Source of the DNA: an uncultured Romboutsia sp.
GTDB taxonomy: Bacteria; Bacillota; Clostridia; Peptostreptococcales; Peptostreptococcaceae
Direction: 5' to 3'
DNA length: 59,242 nt
Assembly: GCA_937907205.1 (NCBI GenBank)
Contig: CALESE010000085.1
Span: 1 to 59,242, forward strand
The notes under the pieces were generated by a model. The model had not been told where the DNA came from. It searched no databases and saw only the letters and a list, made by a program, of their open reading frames with translations. The translations under genes were made by a program, and so were the position numbers. This document shows, one piece after another, positions 48,169 through 58,366 of the stretch. The stretch's first letter is position 1, and each line of letters starts with the position of its first letter.

Positions 48169-48258
48169 ATATTATTTCCATTAGTTAAGTTTTTATCTTT
48201 TAATAATTCTACATAAGTTATTATAGATGTAAGTGTTGTTTTCTTTCCTTAAAATATA

Positions 48259-48290
48259 AAAAGTGCAGACTTTTAAGTCTACACTTTTTT
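48259..48290. terminator. Terminator after rbgA
   Basis: AAAAGTGCAGACT-TTTA-AGTCTACACTTTT. Confidence 0.75.
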
Positions 48291-49200
48291 ATTTTATATC
48301 TTCAGGCACTTCTAAAGTTATCTTTCCTATTTTACCTTCTCTAAATTCATTTAAAACAGTAGTTGCTATACGAGTATAGTCTAGCTCTTTTCTTCCTGTT
48401 ATAAATCCTCTCTTACGACCTATCATATCCATAGTCTCTATGTCTGAATGTCCTAATTCTTCTAACTTATATCTAGTTTTTAACTTCTCTGGCTCTATTT
48501 CCATAAGTTTACCTATAAGTTTTAGAGCTAGTGTTTCAATATCTAGTATTTCATCTTTTATAGCTCTACTAAATGCTAAGTTAAGTGCAACATCCTGATC
48601 TTCAAACTTAGGCCAAAGTATACCTGGTGTATCTAATAACTCTAAGTTACCCTTTAATCTTACCCATTGCTTTCCTTTTGTAACACCTGGCTTATCTCCA
48701 GTTGCAGTACTCTTTCTTCCAGTTAATTTATTTATAATAGAAGATTTACCAACATTTGGAACACCAACTATCATTATTCTTATAGGCCTTTCTTTTCTAC
48801 CTTTTTCTTTTAAGGCATCCATTTTTTCCTTTGTAACATTTCTACATTCATCTATTAATTTATTTAAACCTACACCTTTCATGGTATCTATAGGTATAGC
48901 TTTTATTCCACGATCTTTATAATATTTTATCCATCTATCAAGCTTTGCTCTATCTGCTAAGTCACTTTTATTTAATATAACTACCCTAGGTTTATTTCCT
49001 GCTAACTTATCTATATCAGGATTTTTACTACTAAATGGTATTCTTGAATCTAGTAGCTCTACTACAACATCAACTAATTTTAAATTATCTCTAACTAAAT
49101 CTTTAGTCTTTTTCATATGACCTGGGTACCAGTTTATATGAAGGTTATCATCTCTTAGATAATCATCATAATTTTCTCCCATTCTGTCTCCTCTTGCCAT
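48289..49200 (-). CDS. rbgA: Ribosome biogenesis GTPase RbgA/YlqF
   Basis: INWYPGHM, NKSD, GVPNVGKS, PGVT, LDTPGILWP. Confidence 0.97.
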   Translation of the reverse strand: MARGDRMGENYDDYLRDDNLHINWYPGHMKKTKDLVRDNLKLVDVVVELLDSRIPFSSKNPDIDKLAGNKPRVVILNKSDLADRAKLDRWIKYYKDRGIKAIPIDTMKGVGLNKLIDECRNVTKEKMDALKEKGRKERPIRIMIVGVPNVGKSSIINKLTGRKSTATGDKPGVTKGKQWVRLKGNLELLDTPGILWPKFEDQDVALNLAFSRAIKDEILDIETLALKLIGKLMEIEPEKLKTRYKLEELGHSDIETMDMIGRKRGFITGRKELDYTRIATTVLNEFREGKIGKITLEVPEDIK

Positions 49201-49289
49201 AACTATCACTCCTTCTTCTGTTTTTTACGTACTTTATATCAACTTATATATTATACCATAATCTATTTTTTAATACTTTATTATAATTA

Positions 49290-49314
49290 AAAAAGGACTG
49301 ATGAGTCAGTCCTT
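49290..49314 (-). terminator. Terminator after rplS
   Basis: AAAGGACTGA-TGAG-TCAGTCCTTT. Confidence 0.8.
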
Positions 49315-49337
49315 TAAAAAACTTTAGTAAAGTTTAA

Positions 49338-49682
49338 TTATCTAGCTTCTTTTATCTTAGCAGCTTTACCTACTCTACCTCTTAAGTAGTTTAGTTTAGC
49401 TCTTCTTACTTTACCTTTTCTAGTTACTTCTATCTTGTCTATTCTTGGTGAATGAACTGGGAAAGTTCTTTCTACACCAACGTTGAAAGATATTTTTCTA
49501 ACAGTGAAAGTTTCTTTTATTCCTCCACCTTGTCTCTTAAGTACAACACCTTCGAATACTTGTATTCTTTCTCTTTTTCCTTCAACTATTTTAACGTGTA
49601 CTTTTACAGTGTCCCCAGGTCCAAAGTTAGGAACTTCGTTCTTTAATTGTTCTTGTTCTAATGATCTTAATATTTCGTTCAT
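49338..49682 (-). CDS. rplS: 50S ribosomal protein L19
   Basis: [34 protein letters not shown]. Confidence 0.99.
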   Translation of the reverse strand: MNEILRSLEQEQLKNEVPNFGPGDTVKVHVKIVEGKRERIQVFEGVVLKRQGGGIKETFTVRKISFNVGVERTFPVHSPRIDKIEVTRKGKVRRAKLNYLRGRVGKAAKIKEAR

Positions 49683-49702
49683 TTTCTTCCTCCTAGTATC
49701 AT

Positions 49703-49745
49703 AGACATTCTTAATTACTCGACCAGTGTAAAAAGAGGAATGCCC
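49703..49745 (-). ncRNA. L19 leader (ribosomal protein leader)
   Basis: GGGCAUUC-CUCU...AAGAAUGUCU stem just upstream of the rplS RBS, matching the Firmicute L19 leader pattern. Confidence 0.65.
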
Positions 49746-49782
49746 GTTTTTTTAGCATCTAAAATTATACTATATATTTAAA

Positions 49783-50475
49783 TTATTTACAAGCTTTTTT
49801 ATATAAATCAGGTCTTCTTTCTTTAGTGATTCTAATAGATTCGTCTTTTCTCCACTTATCTATATTCTTATGATTTCCAGATAATAAAACATCTGGAACT
49901 TTAAGTCCCATAAACTCTCTAGGTCTCGTATAATGTGGATATTCTAATAAATCATTACTAAAAGATTCATCTTCAAATGATTCTTCTTGTCCTAAAACAC
50001 CTGGTATAAGTCTTGATATAGAATCTATAAGTATAAGTGCAGGAAGTTCTCCTCCTGTTAATACATAATCTCCTATAGATATTTCATCTGTTACTATTAA
50101 ATCTATAATCCTTTGATCTATACCTTCATAATGACCACACAATAAAATTACATCATCTAATTTAGACATATTAGTTGCTGTAGTTTGATTATGTGTATTA
50201 CCTTTAGGTGTTAAATATATAACTCTTGGTTTTTCTATATTATAAGTATCTACTATATGCTTATATGTATCATATATAGGTTGTGGAGTCATAACCATAC
50301 CAGCTCCACCACCAAATGGATAATCATCTACCTTTTTATGTTTATTATTTGAAAAATCTCTTATATTATAAATACATATTTCTATTATCCCTTTTTCTAC
50401 AGCTCTTTTCATTATGCTTTCATTCATATATGAATTAAATATTTCTGGAAAGAGTGTCATTATGTGAAATCTCAT
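49783..50475 (-). CDS. trmD: tRNA (guanine-N1)-methyltransferase
   Basis: VDDYPFGGGAGMV, CGHYEGIDQR, SIGDYVLTGGE. Confidence 0.99.
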   Translation of the reverse strand: MRFHIMTLFPEIFNSYMNESIMKRAVEKGIIEICIYNIRDFSNNKHKKVDDYPFGGGAGMVMTPQPIYDTYKHIVDTYNIEKPRVIYLTPKGNTHNQTTATNMSKLDDVILLCGHYEGIDQRIIDLIVTDEISIGDYVLTGGELPALILIDSISRLIPGVLGQEESFEDESFSNDLLEYPHYTRPREFMGLKVPDVLLSGNHKNIDKWRKDESIRITKERRPDLYKKACK

Positions 50476-50483
50476 ATTAGCTC

Positions 50484-50996
50484 CTAGTCTATCATTCCCT
50501 TTATTGGGTCTATTATCATTTTTCTTTCATCTATATCTATAGTAGGTACAAATTTCATCATAGCAGGTATCATATATTCCTGATTTTCTAATCCTTTTAT
50601 AACATATACATCATTTGCAGAGTATTGTAATACATCTTTTAAAGTACCTACATGCTTGCCTTCAACAGTATATACATCTATTCCTATCATATCAGATATA
50701 AAGTACTCATCTTCATCAAGTTCTCTTGAGTTTTCTCTAGAAACATACATAAACTTATTTTTTAATTTTTCAGCCATTTCAACTGTATCTATACCTTTTA
50801 TTTTCATAATAACCATATTACCTTTATATCTTACTCTTTCTACTTCCCAAGTAGTATTTAAGTCTTTTCCTAAATAAAATTCTTCTAATTCATCAAATCT
50901 ATCTATTTCATCAGTAAAAGGATATACTCTAACTTCTCCTTTTAAACCTTGAGTATTAACTATTTGTCCAACTTTAAAATGCGTTAATTTCTCCAT
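50484..50996 (-). CDS. rimM: Ribosome maturation factor RimM
   Basis: VGQIVNTQGLKGEV, ANDVYVI; synteny. Confidence 0.97.
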   Translation of the reverse strand: MEKLTHFKVGQIVNTQGLKGEVRVYPFTDEIDRFDELEEFYLGKDLNTTWEVERVRYKGNMVIMKIKGIDTVEMAEKLKNKFMYVSRENSRELDEDEYFISDMIGIDVYTVEGKHVGTLKDVLQYSANDVYVIKGLENQEYMIPAMMKFVPTIDIDERKMIIDPIKGMID

Positions 50997-51075
50997 TAGC
51001 CTATCTCCTTATATTTTATTAAAAATGTTATCAAGTTTTAAAATGAATATAATTTGCATACATATACTATAAACA

Positions 51076-51104
51076 AAAAGGACTAGGTATATACCTAATC
51101 CTTT
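51076..51104 (-). terminator. Terminator after khpA
   Basis: AAAAGGACTAGGT-AT-ATACCTAATCCTTTT. Confidence 0.65.
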
Positions 51105-51331
51105 TATACTATCTCAAGAGAAACTTTAACTTTTTCTCTATTTGAAGCAGATTTAATGACAGTTCTTATAGCTTTAGCTATTCTGCCTTGCTTTCCGATA
51201 ACCTTTCCCATATCGTCTTGAGAAACTTTAAGCCTTAATATGATTTCATCATTTGCTTTAATTTCTTCAACCACTACAGAATCTGGATCATCGACTAGAG
51301 CCTTAGCTATATCTAACACTAGCTCTTTCAT
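51104..51331 (-). CDS. khpA: KH-domain RNA-binding protein KhpA
   Basis: DMGKVIGKQGRIAKAIR. Confidence 0.96.
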   Translation of the reverse strand: MKELVLDIAKALVDDPDSVVVEEIKANDEIILRLKVSQDDMGKVIGKQGRIAKAIRTVIKSASNREKVKVSLEIV

Positions 51332-51356
51332 ATACTCATCTCCTAATTAAATTTAA

Positions 51357-51623
51357 TTATTTTTTAGAAGCTTCGAATTTTTCCATAACTCCATTTTTAA
51401 CGAATAAAGTTTTAACTGTATCAGTTGGTTGAGCACCATTTGATAACCACTTAACAGCTTTTTCATCATTTATTTTAACTTGCTTTGGTTGAGAAACTGG
51501 ATTGTAGAATCCTATTTCTTCTATGAACTTTCCATCTCTTGGAGATCTTGAATCCGCTACTACTATTCTGTAGAAAGGCTTTTTGTTTGATCCCATTCTT
51601 TTTAATCTTATTTTAACTGCCAT
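51357..51623 (-). CDS. rpsP: 30S ribosomal protein S16
   Basis: [28 protein letters not shown]. Confidence 0.99.
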   Translation of the reverse strand: MAVKIRLKRMGSNKKPFYRIVVADSRSPRDGKFIEEIGFYNPVSQPKQVKINDEKAVKWLSNGAQPTDTVKTLFVKNGVMEKFEASKK

Positions 51624-51657
51624 AACAGCACCTCCGAAAATTTATTTTGTCTATTAT

Positions 51658-53010
51658 TTATTTAAAGAAAGGAAGTCCGGCAAAACCGCCCCTTTTCTTC
51701 ATACTTTTTTGTGATCCAGTAAACATCTTCATCATCTTTTTCATTTCATTAAACTGTTTTATAAGTCTGTTTACATCTTGAACAGTGTTTCCACTACCCT
51801 TAGCAATTCTTTTCTTTCTAGATGCATTTAGTATGTTTGGATTTCGTCTTTCCTCTACTGTCATAGATTGTATAATGGCTTTAGTTCTTTTCATCTCTTT
51901 ACCATTTAAATCTATATCTCCAAGTTGGTCTTTGATATTTCCTATACCTGGCATCATGCCTAGTATTTTGTCAAGAGGTCCTATATTTTGAATTTGTTCC
52001 ATTTGTTGAAGGAAGTCTTCAAAATCAAGATCTTGTTTTTTAATCTTTTGTTCTAACTCTCTTGCTTTATCTAAGTCTATATTTTCTTGGGCTTTTTCTA
52101 TTAAGCTTAGGATATCTCCCATACCTAATATTCTAGATGCCATTCTATCTGGATGGAATGGTTCTAAATCATCTAACTTTTCACCCATACCTATAAACTT
52201 TATAGGCTTTTGTGTAACAGCTCTTATAGAAAGAGCCGCCCCACCTCTTGTATCTCCATCTAGTTTTGTAAGTATAACTCCATCAACACCAAGAGCTTCA
52301 TTGAAGCTTTCAGCAACATTTACTGCATCTTGACCTGTCATAGAGTCTACAACTAAAAGTATTTCATGAGGTTTTACTTCAGATTTTATAGACTTTAACT
52401 CATCCATTAAGTTTTCATCTATATGAAGTCTACCAGCTGTATCTATAATAACTAAGTCATTGTTATTTTTGATAGCATGACTTAATCCTGCTTTAGCTAT
52501 ATTTATAGGACTTTCTTTATCACCCATGTTAAAAACTGGTATTTCAAGCTTTTCACCAACAACTTGTAATTGCTTTATGGCTGCTGGTCTATAAACGTCA
52601 CAGGCAACAAGTAAAGGTCTTTTACCTTGCTTTTTAAAATAAGAACCTAACTTTCCAGAAGTAGTTGTTTTACCTGCTCCTTGAAGACCTACCATCATTA
52701 TAACTGTTGGTGGCTTAGGAGATATAACAACTTTACTTTGAACATCACCCATTAGAGTTGTTAGTTCTTCATTAACTATTTTAATAACATGTTGTGCAGG
52801 AGTTAAACTTTGCATAACTTCTTGTCCAACACATCTTTCTTGAACTTTCTTTATAAAATCTTTAACTACCTTGAAATTAACATCAGCTTCAAGTAAAGCT
52901 AATTTAACTTCTCTCATTGCATCTTTTACATCTTTTTCAGTAAGTTTTCCTTTAGATTTTAACTTACTAAGTGCACCTTGTAGTTTATCAGATAATCCTT
53001 CAAATATCAT
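51658..53010 (-). CDS. ffh: Signal recognition particle protein
   Basis: [21 protein letters not shown] domain. Confidence 0.99.
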   Translation of the reverse strand: MIFEGLSDKLQGALSKLKSKGKLTEKDVKDAMREVKLALLEADVNFKVVKDFIKKVQERCVGQEVMQSLTPAQHVIKIVNEELTTLMGDVQSKVVISPKPPTVIMMVGLQGAGKTTTSGKLGSYFKKQGKRPLLVACDVYRPAAIKQLQVVGEKLEIPVFNMGDKESPINIAKAGLSHAIKNNNDLVIIDTAGRLHIDENLMDELKSIKSEVKPHEILLVVDSMTGQDAVNVAESFNEALGVDGVILTKLDGDTRGGAALSIRAVTQKPIKFIGMGEKLDDLEPFHPDRMASRILGMGDILSLIEKAQENIDLDKARELEQKIKKQDLDFEDFLQQMEQIQNIGPLDKILGMMPGIGNIKDQLGDIDLNGKEMKRTKAIIQSMTVEERRNPNILNASRKKRIAKGSGNTVQDVNRLIKQFNEMKKMMKMFTGSQKSMKKRGGFAGLPFFK

Positions 53011-53375
53011 TTTAACATCTCCCTACATACATCTTCTATATTTTCTAGCTTAGGGATTAAATTAGCACAATCTTTATTTTGCAATAAATATTGTTTAATG
53101 TCAACAATTTTATCTTCTATAGTTTTTATAAACTTTTCTTGCTGTTGAATTTTGTATACTAATTTTAATTTATCTTCATAATCTTTTAGTATCTTCTCTG
53201 AACGTTTTAATGTATCATATACACCTTGTCTTGATACATTAAGGTTTTCACTGATTTCTCCTAAAGAATAATCTTCTTCATAATAAAGTGATACTATTTC
53301 TCTTTGCTTATCAGTAAGTAAACCTTTATATTGTTCAAATAATAACCCAATCTCAACCATTTTTTCTATATTCAT
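53007..53375 (-). CDS. ylxM: YlxM (UPF0122) HTH protein
   Basis: LLTDKQ...[20 protein letters not shown]. Confidence 0.95.
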   Translation of the reverse strand: MNIEKMVEIGLLFEQYKGLLTDKQREIVSLYYEEDYSLGEISENLNVSRQGVYDTLKRSEKILKDYEDKLKLVYKIQQQEKFIKTIEDKIVDIKQYLLQNKDCANLIPKLENIEDVCREMLK

Positions 53376-53399
53376 ATTTCACACTTCCCAGTGATATAC

Positions 53400-53456
53400 T
53401 GTAAAGGTTATTTACTTTACACATTGTATTTTATATCATATAGAACATATTGTCAA
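53400..53456 (-). promoter_or_regulatory. ylxM-ffh SigA promoter with downstream palindrome
   Basis: TTGACA-N17-TAAAAT (53456-53428); TGTAAAG-N8-CTTTACA (53400-53421). Confidence 0.7.
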
Positions 53457-53477
53457 CATTTAATTTTTAAAAGCTAA

Positions 53478-54713
53478 TTACTTCCCAAATAAAGCATCAG
53501 AAAATTCTTTTGCATCAAAATCTTGTAAGTCTTCAACAGTTTCACCAACACCTATTAGTTTAACTGGAACATCCACTTCACTCTTAACAGCAAGTACAAC
53601 TCCACCTTTTGCCGTACCATCTAACTTAGTTAATACTATACCTGTTATATCAGCTACTTCTTTAAAAGTTTTAGCTTGAGATACTGCATTTTGTCCTGTT
53701 GTTGCATCTACTACAAGTAATACTTCTTTTTTAGCTTCTGGGAATTCTCTATCAACTATTTTGAATACCTTTCCAAGTTCGTTCATTAGATTAGTCTTAT
53801 TGTGTAGCCTTCCTGCTGTATCACATATTAATAAGTCAACTTTTCTTGCTTTAGCAGCTTTTATAGCATCAAATATTACAGCTCCTGGGTCTGCACCTTC
53901 TTGATGTTTAATTATATCCACGTTACTTCTTGTTGACCATACCTCTAATTGTTCTATGGCAGCTGCTCTAAATGTATCTCCAGCAGCTAACAATACTTTT
54001 TTACCTTCTTTTTTGTATCTATTAGCTAATTTACCTATTGTAGTAGTTTTTCCTACTCCATTTACTCCTACCATAAGTATTATAGTTGGAGAAGTTTCTA
54101 CATTTAATTTAGAATTTTCATTGGTTAATATTTCTTCTACTATAGACTTTAATTCTCCCCTAACATCCATTGGGTCTGTTATACCTTTTGATTTTATCTT
54201 ATCACGAAGAGAGTCTATTATATCCATAGTAGTATTTACACCAACATCTGCGGTTATAAGTATTTCTTCAAGTTCTTCTAATAATTCTTCATCTACTTTT
54301 GTATATGATTTTAATACATCATCTATCCTATCCGTTATTCCTTGCTTAGCTTTAGTCAAACCTTGTTTTAGTCTATCAAATAAGCTAACTTTTTTCTCAA
54401 TAACTTCTTCATCTTGTACTTCATTATTTTTTTCTATTTTTTCCTCTTCAAAAGTTTCTACTTCTTCATTAGAATCTTCTTCTATTTCTTCACTTTGTTC
54501 TAAACTTTCTACTGCTAATTTTTTATGTAAATCATCTTCATTATTATATATAACAGATTCATCTTTAAAATCATATTCTAATTCATCACTTTTTTGTACT
54601 TCTTCATTATTTTCTTTTAATTCTTCTTTCTTCTCTTCTATTATTACTGCCTCTTCTAACTCTTCTTTATTCTCCTCTTTTTTCTTTCCAAAGTTAAATA
54701 ATTTTTTGAACAC
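53478..54713 (-). CDS. ftsY: SRP receptor FtsY
   Basis: Acidic N-terminus, GVNGVGKTT, DTAGR, TKLDGTAKGG; GTG start with AGGAGG. Confidence 0.98.
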   Translation of the reverse strand: MFKKLFNFGKKKEENKEELEEAVIIEEKKEELKENNEEVQKSDELEYDFKDESVIYNNEDDLHKKLAVESLEQSEEIEEDSNEEVETFEEEKIEKNNEVQDEEVIEKKVSLFDRLKQGLTKAKQGITDRIDDVLKSYTKVDEELLEELEEILITADVGVNTTMDIIDSLRDKIKSKGITDPMDVRGELKSIVEEILTNENSKLNVETSPTIILMVGVNGVGKTTTIGKLANRYKKEGKKVLLAAGDTFRAAAIEQLEVWSTRSNVDIIKHQEGADPGAVIFDAIKAAKARKVDLLICDTAGRLHNKTNLMNELGKVFKIVDREFPEAKKEVLLVVDATTGQNAVSQAKTFKEVADITGIVLTKLDGTAKGGVVLAVKSEVDVPVKLIGVGETVEDLQDFDAKEFSDALFGK

Positions 54714-54750
54714 TTATTTACCTCCTAAATATTTAACAATTTGTATTTAT

Positions 54751-54783
54751 AAAATGTAGTGAGTAAAATTACTCACTACATTT
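54751..54783. terminator. Terminator-like hairpin after smc
   Basis: AAATGTAGTGAGTAA-AA-TTACTCACTACATTT. Confidence 0.65.
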
Positions 54784-54785
54784 GT

Positions 54786-57700
54786 TTATATAACATCAGT
54801 AAATTTATTAACTTCTTTAATATCTAAGCTCAATACTTTTGATATTGCTTTTTCCTGCATTGTTACTCCGTATATATAATCAGATGCTTCCATAGTACCT
54901 CTTCTATGAGTTACTGATATAAATTGAGTGTCTTGAGATAATTCTTTTAAAAATTCTCCAAATCTATATATATTAGCATCATCAAGTGGTGCTTCTATCT
55001 CATCTAATATACAAAATGGCGTTGGTTTAGTTAAAAGTATAGAAAATAATATACTAATAGCTGTAAGTGCTTTTTCTCCGCCTGATAGTAAATTTAGGTT
55101 TTTCATTTTTTTACCTGGTGGTTGTGCAGTTATTTCTATATCACTTTCAAGTATATTTTCTTTATCTATTATAGTAAGCTCTCCTTTTCCACCACCAAAT
55201 AGTCTCTTATGCACAACTTTAAAGTTTTCATTTATCTCTTCAAACTTAGACTTAAACTCTACTTTCATATTTTCTTCAAGGTCTTTAATAAGATTTTCTA
55301 TAGCTTCTATAGATTGTTCTAAGTCTTGTTTTTGTTCACTGTAAAAATCATATCTTTCTTTTACTTCTTCATATTCTTTTATAGAATCAATATTTATATT
55401 ACCTAGATTTCTTATTTCTCTTTTTATATTTTCTAGTAGTTTTTTATCTATTTTTATATTTTCATCTTTAATTTCTTTAGCTTGAACTAAAGTCATTTCA
55501 TATTTTTCAAAAAGTTGGTTTATATAAGATTCATGAGTTGATTTTAATCTTTCAAGTCTACCTTGTACCTTAAATAAACTTTCTTTTAATTCAATATATT
55601 TTCTATCTGTTTTCTTAAATTCTTTATTTAATTCATCTAGCTTATTTTTAAGTCCATCTTTAGATAACTTTTTATTATCTAAAGCTCTACTGTTATCAAC
55701 AAGTTGAGTGTTTAAACTTTCTTTTTCTGTTTCTTCAATTATAATTTCTTCTTTTAATTTAGTAGTCTCTTTTTCTTGTTTTTGTAATTCTAAACTTATA
55801 TTTTCTAGTTTTGATTTAAGTTCTTTATCCTCATTAGATATTCTTTTTATATCATTTAGAAGTGTTTCAATTATCTGATTATTTTTTACTAGTTCTAAAT
55901 TTAAATTATCATACTTTAATTTTTTTTCTTCGTATAATCCACTACTGTCTTTAAGATTTTCAGTCAAGTTATCTATACTATCTTTTATATTAATATGTTT
56001 ATTTTCTAAATCTAAAATTTCATTTTTAACTAACTCAATTTTTTCAAGTGTATAATTAAGATTATTATCTAGTCCATTTTTCTCTTTTATTAATTTATTT
56101 ATACTTAATTCTAAAGAACTTATTTCAGATTCTAGTTTATTTATATTTGAACCTTCAATTATAATACTTTTTTCAAGTTCTTTTATTTTTATTTCTAATT
56201 TATTTAATTCATCTTTAGCACTATCTATATTTCTTAAATATTCTTCTTTTTTTAAACTCAAATCATTTATAGTATATTTTATAGTATTTATTTTCTCACT
56301 ATATTCATTTATAATTCTTTTTCTTGATAAAATATTTCCATTAGTCCTAAAACTACCTCCAGTTAAAGAGCCTCCTGGGTTTAATATTTCACCATCTAAA
56401 GTAACTACTTTAAATTTATGACCTGTTTCTTTAGCAAATTTTATTCCATTGTCAATATTGTCAATTATAATAGTTCTTCCAAGTATATTTTCAAATATGT
56501 TTTTGTATTTATCATTATAAGATATTAAATCACTAGCTATTCCTATAATTTTGGTATTACTTCTTATATTACTTATGTCTATTTTGTTAGATTTTATAAC
56601 ATTTAATGGTAAAAATGTAACTCTTCCCAAATTATTTTTCTTTAAATAATTTATAGCAACTTTAGCACTATGTTCATCATTTGTTATTATATTTTGCATA
56701 TAAGCACCTAATGCAGACTCTATTGCTCTTTCAAATTTTGAATCAACTTCTACAACTTGTCCTAATGCTCCATGAATCCCTTGAAGATTTTTATTTTTTA
56801 ATACCTCTTTTACACCTTTATTAAATCCTTCATTATGATTTTCCATTTCTACATATATATTAAGCTTTGATGTAAAATCATTTAGACTGTATCTGTTATT
56901 TTGAATTTCTTTACTTAATTCATTATCTTTTATAATTAAATCATTTAGTTTTGACTTAATATCTTGTTCTTTACTTTTCAGACTATTAATCTCATTGTTA
57001 TTTAATTCATAAACTGTTTTAATAGACTTTAGTTCATTATTTTTATTACATATTTCTTTGTTTATTTCATTTATATCAATATCTATATTTTCTTTTCTAG
57101 TATTTATATTTTCATGATTAGCATTTAGCGTTGATAATCTACTATTTTCTTCCTGCTTCTTATTTAGAATATTTATTATATCATCTTTTAAGTCTTCAAT
57201 TTTCTTATTAATATCTTCAATCTTAGCTTTATCATTGCTATTTTTTATTTCTATATCATTTATCTGAATTTCAAGTTTTTTTACTTTTTCAATACCTTCT
57301 TCATATTTTATTTGTAAATCATTCGAACATATAGTATTATTATTTAACTTTTCTTCTATTTCTTTTATTTCTTTATATTTTTTTGCTATATCTATTTTAC
57401 AATTATTTATTCTTTCATTTAAAATGCTTACTTGAGAATCTTTTTGAGATATTACTGATTTTATTGTATTTATAAACTCTTGAGATTTATTAATATTTTC
57501 ATCTATATCTTCAATTTCCTTATTAATTTCATTTATACTATTTTCTATTAAAACCTTTTGCTTATCAAACTCTTTAGCTTCATGTTCTAATAAGTCTTTA
57601 TGTTTATTAATCTCATTTAATTCTATCTCTAAGCCTTCTAGTTCTTTTATATAACTATTAACTTCTATTGTTTTTAATTTATCATTAAGTTCTAAATATT

Positions 57701-58340
57701 TTTTAGCTTTTGATTGTTGGCTAAATAATGGTTTTAATTGATTTTCGATTTCTATATATATATCATTTATTCTTTCTAAGTTTTCTTTTGTGTGTTTTAG
57801 ATTTCTCTCAGCTTCTTGTTTTTTATATCTAAACTTAGATATGCCACAAGCCTCATCAAATACTTTTCTTCTATTTATTGGATTATTACTTAGTATCTCA
57901 TCAACTTTACCTTGTTCTATTATTGAATATCCATCTTTGCCTATACCTGTATCTAATAAAAGTTCTTTTATATCTTTTAATCTACAACCTTTATTATTTA
58001 TGAAAAATTCTCCTTCTCCATTTCTATAAGCTCTTCTTTTTATAGTTACTTCACTAAATTCCAAGTCTAACTTATTATCTGAATTATCTATAGTAAGAGA
58101 AACTTCACAATAATTCATAGGCTTTTTAGTATTTGTTCCTGCAAATATTACATCTTCTAACTTATCTCCTCTAAGACTTTTGATACTTTGTTCTCCAAGT
58201 ACCCATCTTACAGCATCTGATATATTACTTTTACCACTACCATTAGGTCCAACTATAGATGTTATACCTTCTTTAAATATGATATCTGTTTTATTAGGAA
58301 AGGATTTAAATCCTTTAAGTTCTAATCTTTTTAAATACAT
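54786..58340 (-). CDS. smc: Chromosome segregation protein SMC
   Basis: GFKSF, GPNGSGKSN, hinge GRVTFLPL, LSGGEK, LDEIEAPLD. Confidence 0.99.
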   Translation of the reverse strand: MYLKRLELKGFKSFPNKTDIIFKEGITSIVGPNGSGKSNISDAVRWVLGEQSIKSLRGDKLEDVIFAGTNTKKPMNYCEVSLTIDNSDNKLDLEFSEVTIKRRAYRNGEGEFFINNKGCRLKDIKELLLDTGIGKDGYSIIEQGKVDEILSNNPINRRKVFDEACGISKFRYKKQEAERNLKHTKENLERINDIYIEIENQLKPLFSQQSKAKKYLELNDKLKTIEVNSYIKELEGLEIELNEINKHKDLLEHEAKEFDKQKVLIENSINEINKEIEDIDENINKSQEFINTIKSVISQKDSQVSILNERINNCKIDIAKKYKEIKEIEEKLNNNTICSNDLQIKYEEGIEKVKKLEIQINDIEIKNSNDKAKIEDINKKIEDLKDDIINILNKKQEENSRLSTLNANHENINTRKENIDIDINEINKEICNKNNELKSIKTVYELNNNEINSLKSKEQDIKSKLNDLIIKDNELSKEIQNNRYSLNDFTSKLNIYVEMENHNEGFNKGVKEVLKNKNLQGIHGALGQVVEVDSKFERAIESALGAYMQNIITNDEHSAKVAINYLKKNNLGRVTFLPLNVIKSNKIDISNIRSNTKIIGIASDLISYNDKYKNIFENILGRTIIIDNIDNGIKFAKETGHKFKVVTLDGEILNPGGSLTGGSFRTNGNILSRKRIINEYSEKINTIKYTINDLSLKKEEYLRNIDSAKDELNKLEIKIKELEKSIIIEGSNINKLESEISSLELSINKLIKEKNGLDNNLNYTLEKIELVKNEILDLENKHINIKDSIDNLTENLKDSSGLYEEKKLKYDNLNLELVKNNQIIETLLNDIKRISNEDKELKSKLENISLELQKQEKETTKLKEEIIIEETEKESLNTQLVDNSRALDNKKLSKDGLKNKLDELNKEFKKTDRKYIELKESLFKVQGRLERLKSTHESYINQLFEKYEMTLVQAKEIKDENIKIDKKLLENIKREIRNLGNINIDSIKEYEEVKERYDFYSEQKQDLEQSIEAIENLIKDLEENMKVEFKSKFEEINENFKVVHKRLFGGGKGELTIIDKENILESDIEITAQPPGKKMKNLNLLSGGEKALTAISILFSILLTKPTPFCILDEIEAPLDDANIYRFGEFLKELSQDTQFISVTHRRGTMEASDYIYGVTMQEKAISKVLSLDIKEVNKFTDVI

Positions 58341-58366
58341 TTATTCTTCCCCCTTAAATACTAAAA

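Noticed and set aside
49297..49303. CTGATGA hammerhead-like core
   Set aside because: Lies within the rplS terminator hairpin; no GAAA segment or three-stem junction
53956..54759. 267-aa Ser-rich + strand ORF
   Set aside because: Antisense shadow of ftsY; the Ser/Phe runs mirror GAA/AAA codons of the acidic domain
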